Source: an uncultured Thermoleophilia bacterium
Lineage (GTDB): Bacteria; Actinomycetota; Thermoleophilia; UBA2241
Assembly: GCA_964533575.1 (NCBI GenBank)
Contig: CAZHMG010000002.1
Span: 13,373-77,372 of the forward strand
Direction: 5' to 3'
DNA length: 64,000 nt
Below the pieces are notes generated by a model. It did not search any database. It saw nothing but the letters and a program-made list of their open reading frames with translations, and was not told where the DNA came from. This document shows, in pieces, positions 9,643 through 18,392 of this stretch (position 1 is its first letter; each line of letters begins with the position of its first letter). The position numbers and the translations under genes were made by a program.

Positions 9643-10785
9643 ATGGCCATCGTTCCGTCGCACGAGCCGGCGCCCGTCGTCGACGGCGTCTCGAAGATCG
9701 CCGTGCTCCGTGCGAACGGCCTCGGCGATCTTATGTTCGCGCTGCCGGCGTTCGCCGCGCTGCGCGGTGCATACCCTTCCGCCGAGATCGTGCTGCTGGC
9801 CAGGGAGATGCACCGCGAGCTGCTGCTCGGTCGTCCGTCCCCTCTGGATCGCGTCCTCGCGGTACCCCGGAGCCGGGGGGTGAACGGAAATGAGCTGGCG
9901 ACTGACGACATCCCTCAGCTCGAACGATTCTTCGCGGAGATGCGCGAGGAGCGCTTCGACCTCGCCCTGCAGCTTCACGGCGGGGGGAGGTTCTCCAACC
10001 CGTTTCTGCTGCGTCTCGGAGCTCGGGTAACGGCGGGCATGAAGACGACGGACGCGGCGCCGCTGGACCTCGTCCTGCCCTACGTATACCTGCAGCATGA
10101 AGTGCTGCGTTACCTCGAGGTCGTCGCCATGGTCGGGGCCCGGCCGACGTCGGTTGAGCCGGAGCTGGCCGTCACCGAAGCCGACATCGCGGCCGCCTTC
10201 CGTGTGATGCCCGAAGCCGTGCAGCCGCTCGTCGCGATCCATCCTGGCGCGAGCGATCCTCGCCGGCGCTGGCCGCCGCGACGCTTTGCCGCCCTGGCCG
10301 ACGAGCTCGCCGCCAAGGGAGCAACGATCGTGCTCGTCGGCGGGCGGGATGAAGCGGAGGCGACCGGGAGGTGTGCGGCGGCCATGCGACATTCCCCTCT
10401 CGACCTGGCCGGCCGACTGTCGCTCACGGCGCTGGTCGGTCTGCTTGCCCGCTGCTCTCTCTTCATCGGGGACGATTCAGGCCCGCTGCACCTTGCGCGA
10501 GCGGTGGGAACGGCGACGGTCGGCGTGTACTGGTGCGCGAACATGCTGAACGCGTCGCCCATGACGCGTCGCCGGCATCGCGCCATCGCATCGTGGCGAG
10601 TCGACTGTCCCGTCTGCGGCGTCGACTGCCTCAGAGGCAACTGCGAGCATCGGGTTTCCTTCGTCGCCGACGTGCCGCTTGAAGACGTTCTGACAGACGC
10701 GCTTGAGCTGTACGAGGCGGAGACCGCTCAGACCGCCCATGGTGCGTCAACCAACCGGTCGGCGACGGTCGTGGGCAACTCCTGA
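9643..10785 (+). CDS. glycosyltransferase family 9 (heptosyltransferase-like), paralog 2
   Basis: ATG 9643 five nt after paralog-1 stop; ..IAVLRANGLGDLMFALPAFAAL.. and ..GDDSGPLHLARAVGTATVGV.. GT9 motifs. Confidence 0.85.
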   Translation: MAIVPSHEPAPVVDGVSKIAVLRANGLGDLMFALPAFAALRGAYPSAEIVLLAREMHRELLLGRPSPLDRVLAVPRSRGVNGNELATDDIPQLERFFAEMREERFDLALQLHGGGRFSNPFLLRLGARVTAGMKTTDAAPLDLVLPYVYLQHEVLRYLEVVAMVGARPTSVEPELAVTEADIAAAFRVMPEAVQPLVAIHPGASDPRRRWPPRRFAALADELAAKGATIVLVGGRDEAEATGRCAAAMRHSPLDLAGRLSLTALVGLLARCSLFIGDDSGPLHLARAVGTATVGVYWCANMLNASPMTRRRHRAIASWRVDCPVCGVDCLRGNCEHRVSFVADVPLEDVLTDALELYEAETAQTAHGASTNRSATVVGNS

Positions 10786-11561
10786 TGGAATGCTCCGGAC
10801 GGAACGAGGCCGGCGCCGCCGAAGCGCGCCATGACGCGGAGCTGGGCGACGACGTCCTCGGCCGCGTGCGCGGCCGGCAGATCGACCCAGAAGCCGAATC
10901 CTCCCACTGCCTCGAGGCTGAGGCGGTCGTAGAGCACGCAGCCCCCGACCCAGGCGACGCGATAGAGACGTTCGCGTGCCGTGGTGAGGCCCAGACGGGA
11001 GGCGACATGGTGCAGGTTGGCGGCGTTGTGCACCTCGTGGCGCCGCCATGCCGGACCTCCTGGAGTGATCGTCTCAGGCGTCACGGGACCATCCCAGAAC
11101 TCGATGGTCTGCTGGTGAGGTCGCAGGTCCTTCTCGTGGCTCATGCCGATGACGGCGCTGCCGATGAAGCCACAGCCCTGCCGGCGGATCGCCCGCAGGA
11201 GGCGTTCGACGAGATCGGGCTCGAGAATGATGTCGTCGTCGAGGAAGAGCACGTAAGGCGCGGTCGCGCGGCTGAGCAGGAAGTCCCTTTGCTCGGCCAG
11301 GCCGCGGCGGGGCATGTGGCGCGCCACGTCGACGCGGGTCCCTCGCGCACGCATGACGCGCAGGACGGCGGCGAGCTCCCGCGACTCGCTCAGCGTACCC
11401 GGATTGGTGGACTGGTCAGACACGATGACGCGTATGCCGCGCAGGCTCTGGGCCATGACACTCGTGAGCGTCACAGCCAGCGCCGCCGGGCGGTTGCACG
11501 TGGGGATCAGGACGTCGACGAGGGCCGCCCAGCTGCCCTCCGGCGGCTCGGGCCCCGTCAT
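10728..11561 (-). CDS. glycosyltransferase family 2, encoded antisense inside the GT9 gene run
   Basis: ATG (minus) 11561..11559 with AGGATGA-type RBS; product MTGPEPPEGSWAALVDVLIPTCNRPAAL..VIVSDQS..FLDDD.. canonical GT-A motifs; stop just below 10728. Confidence 0.7.
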   Translation of the reverse strand: MTGPEPPEGSWAALVDVLIPTCNRPAALAVTLTSVMAQSLRGIRVIVSDQSTNPGTLSESRELAAVLRVMRARGTRVDVARHMPRRGLAEQRDFLLSRATAPYVLFLDDDIILEPDLVERLLRAIRRQGCGFIGSAVIGMSHEKDLRPHQQTIEFWDGPVTPETITPGGPAWRRHEVHNAANLHHVASRLGLTTARERLYRVAWVGGCVLYDRLSLEAVGGFGFWVDLPAAHAAEDVVAQLRVMARFGGAGLVPSGAFHQELPTTVADRLVDAPWAV

Positions 11562-12647
11562 GTCGTCATCCTGCGGGCGCTCCCCGGCTTGGGCGATCAG
11601 CTGTGCTGCATCCCCGCGTTGCGCGCGCTTCGCGGCGCGCTGCCCGGCGCGAGGATCACGTTCCTGACGATGCCGGAGACGGCTCCGCTCCTGGCGCGTT
11701 ACCCGCGCCTCGTGGACGAAACACTGGACTTCCCGGGTTTCCCCGGCTTGCCCGAGGTCCCGGTCGATCCCGGCAGAATCGCGGCCTTCTTTCTCGAGCA
11801 ACAGAGCTGGCGCTACGATCTGGCGCTGCAGCTCCATGGGAGCGGCGCCTGCACCAATCAATTCGCCGTCCTGCTCGGCGCCGCTCACACCGCTGGGTTC
11901 TATCTGCCGGCGCAGTTCTGCCCTGAGCCCGGGCTGTTCGTCCGGTACTCCGCGGAACGCCATGAGATCCACCGGCTGCTCGAGGTGGTCGCCCACATCG
12001 GAGCTCCGCTCCTCGGAGACCACCTCGAGTTCCCGGTGACCATCAGTGACCGGCGCCGGCTGCACGAGGTCACCGGCAGCCGCTTGCGCCGGTTTGAGTT
12101 CGCGGTCATGCATGCCGGAGCCAAGGACCCGCGGCGGTGCTGGCCCCTCGAGCGGTTCGCCGCCGTGGCCTCCGACCTCACCGCTCGGGGAATCCCCGTC
12201 GTGCTCACGGGGACGGCCGGCGAGCGGCCGATGAACGCGCGCATCGCCGGGGCGGCCGGCGAGATGGTGACGGACCTCACGGGCGAGACCGACCTCGGTT
12301 CGCTCGCCGCCCTCGTCGCCGACGCCCGCCTCGTCGTTTGTAACGACACCGGCATCGCCCACCTGGCGGCGGCGCTGCGGACGCCGAGCGTCGTCGTCTT
12401 CTCCGCCTCGGATCCCCTCCGCTGGGGCGCTCTCGACACCGCACTGCATCGCGCAGTGGCGCCCGCGCGGGACCCGTTCGACTCCGGGGACCATTGCCTG
12501 CGAGACGCCTGCGTCAAAGCGCCGTGGAACCGGCCCTCCTGCATTCCGCCGGTTCCCGTCCGTGATGTGCTCCGCGAGATCGAGGGCATCCTTCGCCTGT
12601 GGCCCCGAACGTGCGCACTCATCCCCCGGAATCCCCCGCTCGCCTAG
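11541..12647 (+). CDS. glycosyltransferase family 9 (heptosyltransferase-like), paralog 3; start codon unresolved
   Basis: ..HVVILRALPGLGDQLCCIPALRAL.. and ..CNDTGIAHLAAALRTPSVVVF.. GT9 motifs; no in-frame ATG/GTG/TTG within ~25 codons upstream of the N-terminal motif, frame stays open back to 10785 antisense to the GT2 gene. Confidence 0.7.
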   Translation, partial: RRLGPRHVVILRALPGLGDQLCCIPALRALRGALPGARITFLTMPETAPLLARYPRLVDETLDFPGFPGLPEVPVDPGRIAAFFLEQQSWRYDLALQLHGSGACTNQFAVLLGAAHTAGFYLPAQFCPEPGLFVRYSAERHEIHRLLEVVAHIGAPLLGDHLEFPVTISDRRRLHEVTGSRLRRFEFAVMHAGAKDPRRCWPLERFAAVASDLTARGIPVVLTGTAGERPMNARIAGAAGEMVTDLTGETDLGSLAALVADARLVVCNDTGIAHLAAALRTPSVVVFSASDPLRWGALDTALHRAVAPARDPFDSGDHCLRDACVKAPWNRPSCIPPVPVRDVLREIEGILRLWPRTCALIPRNPPLA

Positions 12648-12774
12648 ATCTCCCTGCTCGCGCACTGCTCTCCTCGCCTGGCCGCCACGAGGGGAGGACT
12701 ACCCGCGGGACGCGGCGTGCAGTCGCTGTGGCGTTTGCCTCAGAGGCCGCTGCGGAACCGAGTGACTCTGGCTT

Positions 12775-15459
12775 CTACAGTCGCAAGGAGAGCCGGTGGA
12801 CGTCGTGCTCCTCGCTCGGCTGCACGTCGAATCCGAGGTTCTCCACGAAGCGCGTCATCCCGATGTTGACAGTCAACACATGGCCGTTGATCTGCAGCAC
12901 GTACCTGTCGCGAGCCGCTTGGATCAGCGCCTCCATCAGCTTGCTGCCGACGCCCTTCCGCTGCCACGCATCCCGGACCAGAATCGCGAACTCGCCCTCG
13001 GACGGGTTGGCGGAGTCGATCGTCAGACGAACGACGCCCAGCATCATGTCGGCCGCGCCGTCCTTCCCCTTCAGAATGGCGACGAGGGCGATCTCGCGGT
13101 CGTAGTCGATGTGGCAGTAGCGGATGAGCATCGCCTTGTCGATCTCGCGCAGAGGGCCGAAGAAGCGGTACTGCGTCGTCTCCGGCGACAATGACTCGAT
13201 CATGTCGGTCCAGAGAGGCTCGTCCTCGGGCCGGATCGCGCGAATACGCACTTGGCTGCCGTCCAGCGCCATGGACCACTGGTACTTGCTGGGATACATC
13301 GAGATCATGAGATGGGCGCCGGGCAGCGTGATCTTGCGGACAGCCTTGGGGTCGATCACGATGCGGGAGTTGAGGGCGAGGATCCCGCTCGAGCTGACGA
13401 GCAGGGGGTTGATGTCCATCTCCAGGATCTCGGGGAAGTCGACCAGCAGGTAACTCACTTTGACCATTGCCTGTTCGAGCGCCACCATGTCGACCGGTTC
13501 GGCGCCGCGGTAGCCGCCGAGGAGCTGGCTCACCTTCGTGCTCTGGATCATGGACCTGGCCAGCGCCTGGTTGAGCGGCGGGAAGTCGACGGCGACGTCG
13601 CGGTGGAACTCGACGCTCGTCCCGCCCATCCCGAAGATGAGGGCGGGGCCGAAGACCGGATCCTTCTTGGAGCCAATGATGACCTCGTGTCCGGAGCTGC
13701 GCATCGGCTGGACCACGCAACCCAGGATTCTGGACTTCGGCCTGGCCCGCCGGGCGCGCTCTGTGACCTCCTTGTACTGTGACGCGGCGTCGGCGCCAGT
13801 GGCCACGTTCAGCGCTACCCCGGCCACGTCCACCTTGTGACTGATGTCCGGGCTCAGGATTTTGACGGCCACTGGGAAGCCGATTTCCTCGGCGGCTGCC
13901 ACGCACTCCTCCTCCGTCGTCGCGACCATCGTCCGCACGACGGGGATCTGGTAAGCCTGGATGACGCTGTCGGCCTCGGGCTCCGTCAGTACACTGCGGT
14001 CTTGCCGGGCGACTTCAAGGAACGTCTTCTTGACGGTGTCGCGATCTGGTTCGAACTGCGGCAGGATGTCGGCCGGGGTCTCGTACAGGTTCGCGAGGTT
14101 CTTCGTGTACTGCCACATGTACAGGTAGGCGTTCACCGCATCCTCGGGAGCATTGAAGCAGGGAATGCGGGCGCTGTGGAGGATCTTGATGGCGTCCTCG
14201 ACCTTCGTCTGCCCCATGAACGACGTCAGCAACGGCTTCAACTGGTGCGACTGCGCGACGCGTACCAGCGCTTCGGCGGTTGCGGTGGGCTGGCTCATGG
14301 CCTGTGGCGTGAGGATGGCGAGGACGCCGTCGCAATTGGGATCGTCGATCACGGCTTGCGTGGCGTTGGCGAAGCGCGCCGCGTCGGCGTCTCCGGCGAT
14401 GTCGACAGGATTGGAACGCGCGGTGTAGTCCGGCAGCAACGCCTTGAGCTTCTCATCGGTCTCGGGCGTCAGCTCGGCGAGCTCCCCCCCCAAGTGGAAC
14501 AGCCGGTCGCAGGCCATGACGCCTGGGCCGCCCGCGTTCGTCACGATGCCGAGCCGTGGACCGCGCGGGCTGCTCACGCGGCTGAGCGCCTCGCTCGCGT
14601 CGAAGAGATCCTCGACCTTGTCGACGCGCACGACCCCGGCGCGGCGGAAGACGGCGCTGTAGAGCGTGTCGTCGCCGGCGATGGCGCCGGTGTGGCTGGC
14701 GGCCGCAAGCGCGCTGCGCGCCGTGCGCCCGCTCTTCACCACAATGATCGGTTTGCTCTTGGCGAAGTGGCGGGCGGCGCTCATGAACTTGCGGGCGTCC
14801 GTGATTGACTCGATGTAGAGGATGATGCTCGACGTGTACTGGTCCGCGCCGAAGAAGTCGATGAGGTCGCCGAAGTCGACGTCGGCCATGGAGCCGACGC
14901 TGACGAAGGCGCTGAAGCCGACGTCGTTGGCCGCGGCCCAATCGAGGATGGCGGTGCCGAGCGCCCCGGACTGGCTGAAGAAGGCGACTCGCCCGGCCGG
15001 CGGGATCACATCCGAAAAGGTCACGTTGAGGTGATAGGCCGGCCGGATATAGCCGAGGCAGTTGGGGCCCAGGATGCGTACCCCGTAGGCTTTGGCGATC
15101 TCACAGACCTCCTGCTCGAGGCGGCGGCCTGCCTCGCCCGCTTCGCGAAAGCCGGAGCTGACGATGACCGCGCCGCCCACGCCGGCTTCGCCGCACTCCC
15201 GCATGGCGTCCGGCACGTTCTTTGCGGGCACGGCGATGACGGCCAGGTCGACCTTGCGCGGAACCTGGGCTATTGAGGAGTAGGCGTGGATGCCCTGGAT
15301 GGCCTGCGACGACATGCTGACGGGATACACGACGCCCTCGTACTCGGCGCTGATCAGGTTGTGAAGCAGGATGTACCCGACAGAGCCCTTCCTGTTGGAA
15401 GCGCCGATGACCGCAATGCTCTTGGGGTCGAACAGTCTCTTGAGATTACGTGTGCCCAT
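12775..15459 (-). CDS. Pat/PatZ-type protein acyltransferase: NDP-forming acyl-CoA-synthetase-like domain + C-terminal GNAT, paralog A
   Basis: 894 aa; N-term MGTRNLKRLFDPKSIAVIGASNRKGSVG (CoA-binding, SucD-like), ATP-grasp segment, C-terminal GNAT (..GVVRLTIDSANPSEGEFAILVRDAWQRKGVGSKLMEAL..). Confidence 0.85.
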   Translation of the reverse strand: MGTRNLKRLFDPKSIAVIGASNRKGSVGYILLHNLISAEYEGVVYPVSMSSQAIQGIHAYSSIAQVPRKVDLAVIAVPAKNVPDAMRECGEAGVGGAVIVSSGFREAGEAGRRLEQEVCEIAKAYGVRILGPNCLGYIRPAYHLNVTFSDVIPPAGRVAFFSQSGALGTAILDWAAANDVGFSAFVSVGSMADVDFGDLIDFFGADQYTSSIILYIESITDARKFMSAARHFAKSKPIIVVKSGRTARSALAAASHTGAIAGDDTLYSAVFRRAGVVRVDKVEDLFDASEALSRVSSPRGPRLGIVTNAGGPGVMACDRLFHLGGELAELTPETDEKLKALLPDYTARSNPVDIAGDADAARFANATQAVIDDPNCDGVLAILTPQAMSQPTATAEALVRVAQSHQLKPLLTSFMGQTKVEDAIKILHSARIPCFNAPEDAVNAYLYMWQYTKNLANLYETPADILPQFEPDRDTVKKTFLEVARQDRSVLTEPEADSVIQAYQIPVVRTMVATTEEECVAAAEEIGFPVAVKILSPDISHKVDVAGVALNVATGADAASQYKEVTERARRARPKSRILGCVVQPMRSSGHEVIIGSKKDPVFGPALIFGMGGTSVEFHRDVAVDFPPLNQALARSMIQSTKVSQLLGGYRGAEPVDMVALEQAMVKVSYLLVDFPEILEMDINPLLVSSSGILALNSRIVIDPKAVRKITLPGAHLMISMYPSKYQWSMALDGSQVRIRAIRPEDEPLWTDMIESLSPETTQYRFFGPLREIDKAMLIRYCHIDYDREIALVAILKGKDGAADMMLGVVRLTIDSANPSEGEFAILVRDAWQRKGVGSKLMEALIQAARDRYVLQINGHVLTVNIGMTRFVENLGFDVQPSEEHDVHRLSLRL

Positions 15460-15613
15460 GGCCCTTGCTCCACATGTCGTGTCGCCTCCGCAGATCGGCC
15501 CAACTGGTCTGTACTCTACGCTGCCGAACCGTTCGGTTCATCCCCGCTTGTGCCGTTGGGGACAATCTCGGCAGCGAGCTGCCCATCGATGAGGACACGG
15601 CATGCCGGCCCTG

Positions 15614-18295
15614 TCAGAGCCGGAGAACCAGCCGCCGAAACTCCGGCCACTCGCTCACCGAGCTCTCGAATCCGAGATTCTCGGCGAAGCGGATCATCCC
15701 TGGGTTGACGGCCGTCACCCAGCCCCTGATCTCGCGCACGTGGCGGTCGCGGGCGGCCTCGATGAGCGCCTCCATCAGCTGAGTACCGATGCCATGACGG
15801 TGATACTGGTCCCGCACGGCGATCGCGAATTCGCCCTGCTCGGGGTTGCCGGTCTCGATGGCGAGCCGCGCGACGCCGAGCATGGCCTCTTCGGTGCCGT
15901 TGCTCTCCCTGACGGCGACGAGCGCGATCTCCCGGTCGTAGTCGATGTGGCAGTACCGCACCATCATCGACTTGGTGATGGGACCTTTCGGACCGAAGAA
16001 CCGATACTCGGCGGTCATCGGTGAGAACGATTCGACCATCTCCGCCCAGAGAGGTTCGTCTTCGGGTCTGATGGCGCGGATGTGAGCCTTTTCGCCCTCC
16101 AGGGGGATCTCCCAGTAGTACTTCGTCGGGTAGACGGAGATCATCAGGTGCGAGCCCGATAGCATGATCTTGCGCACGTCCCTGGGCTCGATGACGATGC
16201 GTGCGTCGAGGGCGCTGATCCCGTCGCTGCGGACCAGCAGCGGGTTGACGTCCATCTCGACGATCTCAGGGAAGTCGACCAGCAAGTAGCTGGCCTTGAC
16301 GAGCGCCTGCTCGAGGGCTCCGATGTCGCCAGGCGCCTTGCCGCGGTAACCCTCGAGCAGTCGCGAGACCCTGGTGCTCTGAATCATGGAGCGGGCCAGC
16401 GCCTGGTTGAGGGGTGGGAAGTCGACTGCGACATCGCGGTACAGCTCCACGTCCGTCCCGCCCGTGCCGAACAGCAACGCTGGGCCAAAGGCCCGATCCT
16501 TCTTGGCGCCGATGATCGTCTCGTAGCCGCCGCCGCCCATCGCCTGGACGGTCACCCCAATGAGCTCCGCATCGGGCATGGCTTTGTGCGCGCGCGCGGT
16601 GATCTTGCCGAACTGGAAAGCGGCTTCGCGTGCCGAGCGGACGTTGAGCGCTATGCCGCCGACATCGCTCTTGTGCGTGATGTCGTGGCTCAGGATCTTG
16701 ACGGCCACCGGGCGGCCGAAGGCTTCCGCTGCCGCCGCGCACTCCTCCGCGCTGGTCGCGACGACCGTCGGGTTGACGGGGATGCGGTAAGCGTCGAGCA
16801 CTGCCTTGGCCTCCGGCTCCGTGAGAACGGAGCGACCAGTGCGCGCGACTTCGACGAACAGGGCCTTCACGGCATCCCTGTCGGGGCAGAAGTCTGGCAG
16901 GATGTCGGCCGGCGTTTCGTACAGGTTGACCAGGTTCTTCGTGTACTGCCACATGTACATGTAGGCGCGTACGGCGTCTTCAGGCGTCGTGAAGGTGGGG
17001 ACATGGCCGGCGCGAAGCACGCGCAGGGCGTCGGCCACCTTGATCTCGCCCATGAACGAGGTCAAGAGCGGCTTGAGCTGCCGCTCGTGCGCAAGCTCGA
17101 CGAGCGCCTTCGCCGTGCCGGCGGGATCGCTCATCGCCTGGGGCGTGAGGATCGCGAGGATGCCGTCGCAGCTCGGGTCGTCCATGAGAGCCCGTGCGGC
17201 GGCAGCGTACCGCTCCGCGCCGGCGTCGCCCAGCACGTCTACGGGGTTGCCGCGACTGCCGAAGGAGGGGAGGAGCTTCTCGAGCGCCGCGTCGGTCTCA
17301 GGGGAGAGTTCGGCCAGTTCGCCGCCGAGGTCGAGCAGGCGGTCGCAGGCCATGACGCCCGGGCCGCCGGCATTGGTGATGATGCCTAGGCGCGGACCGC
17401 GCGGGCTGTTGACGAGACTGAGCGCCTCGCTCGCGTCGAAGAGATCCTCGACCTCGTCGACGCGAACGACGCCGGCACGGCGGAAGACGGCGCTGTAGAG
17501 CGTGTCGTCTCCGGCGATGGCGCCGGTGTGGCTGGCGGCCGCAAGCGCGCTGCGCGCCGTGCGGCCGCTCTTCACCACGATGATCGGTTTCGTCTTGGCG
17601 AAATGCCGCGCCGCGCTCATGAACTTGCGCGCCTTGGTGATCGATTCGACGTAGAGGATGATGCTGGCCGTGTTCGGGTCGGCGCCGAAGTAGTCGATGA
17701 GGTCGCCGAAGTCGACGTCGGCCATGGATCCGACGCTGACGAAGGCGCTGAAGCCCACCTCGTTGGCCGTCGCCCAATCGAGGATCGCCGTCCCGAGCGC
17801 TCCAGACTGGCTGAAGAAGGCGACGCGCCCCGCGGGCGGCAGAACGTGCGCGAACGTGACGTTGAGATGGCTTCCCGGCCGGACATAGCCGAGGCAGTTC
17901 GGGCCGAGGAGCCGGATGCCGTGACTCTCGGCGACGGCGACGACCTCCTCCTCCAGCCGCCGGCCTGCCTCGCCCGCTTCGCGGAAGCCTGCGCTGACGA
18001 TGACGGCCGCCATGACGCCGGCGTCGGCACACTCCCTCAGTGTGTCGGGGACGGCGCGGGCCGGCACCGCGATGACTGCCAGGTCGATCTTGTGCGGAAT
18101 CTGGCCGATCGACGCGTAGGCGGGCATGCCCTGAATGGAGGGACTCGAGATGCTCACCGGATAGACGGTGCCATCGTATCCTGCACCGATGAGATTGTGC
18201 AGCAGGATGTAGCCAACCGATCCCTGCTTGTTCGAAGCGCCGATCACCGCGATGCTCTTGGGGTCCAGCAGCTTCTGCAGGTTGCGCGTGCCCAT
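15614..18295 (-). CDS. Pat/PatZ-type protein acyltransferase, paralog B
   Basis: 893 aa, collinear with paralog A (MGTRNLQKLLDPKSIAVIGASNKQGSVG ... GNAT ..FAIAVRDQYHRHGIGTQLMEAL..). Confidence 0.85.
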   Translation of the reverse strand: MGTRNLQKLLDPKSIAVIGASNKQGSVGYILLHNLIGAGYDGTVYPVSISSPSIQGMPAYASIGQIPHKIDLAVIAVPARAVPDTLRECADAGVMAAVIVSAGFREAGEAGRRLEEEVVAVAESHGIRLLGPNCLGYVRPGSHLNVTFAHVLPPAGRVAFFSQSGALGTAILDWATANEVGFSAFVSVGSMADVDFGDLIDYFGADPNTASIILYVESITKARKFMSAARHFAKTKPIIVVKSGRTARSALAAASHTGAIAGDDTLYSAVFRRAGVVRVDEVEDLFDASEALSLVNSPRGPRLGIITNAGGPGVMACDRLLDLGGELAELSPETDAALEKLLPSFGSRGNPVDVLGDAGAERYAAAARALMDDPSCDGILAILTPQAMSDPAGTAKALVELAHERQLKPLLTSFMGEIKVADALRVLRAGHVPTFTTPEDAVRAYMYMWQYTKNLVNLYETPADILPDFCPDRDAVKALFVEVARTGRSVLTEPEAKAVLDAYRIPVNPTVVATSAEECAAAAEAFGRPVAVKILSHDITHKSDVGGIALNVRSAREAAFQFGKITARAHKAMPDAELIGVTVQAMGGGGYETIIGAKKDRAFGPALLFGTGGTDVELYRDVAVDFPPLNQALARSMIQSTRVSRLLEGYRGKAPGDIGALEQALVKASYLLVDFPEIVEMDVNPLLVRSDGISALDARIVIEPRDVRKIMLSGSHLMISVYPTKYYWEIPLEGEKAHIRAIRPEDEPLWAEMVESFSPMTAEYRFFGPKGPITKSMMVRYCHIDYDREIALVAVRESNGTEEAMLGVARLAIETGNPEQGEFAIAVRDQYHRHGIGTQLMEALIEAARDRHVREIRGWVTAVNPGMIRFAENLGFESSVSEWPEFRRLVLRL

Positions 18296-18392
18296 TGCGT
18301 CTCGCTCCGTGGGTCGGGGGGTGGTCCGCTCTCGCCCCCTAGCTTAGAACTCTGTGGGCCGCTGGTCATTCCGGCCCCGCGGAGTGCGACCG

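Noticed and set aside
10785-11540. N-terminal 250-codon extension of the GT9 #3 reading frame (ORF 10785..12647)
   Set aside because: This part is antisense to the well-supported GT2 gene and has no GT9 similarity. The open frame is a GC artefact, and the true GT9 #3 begins near 11541.
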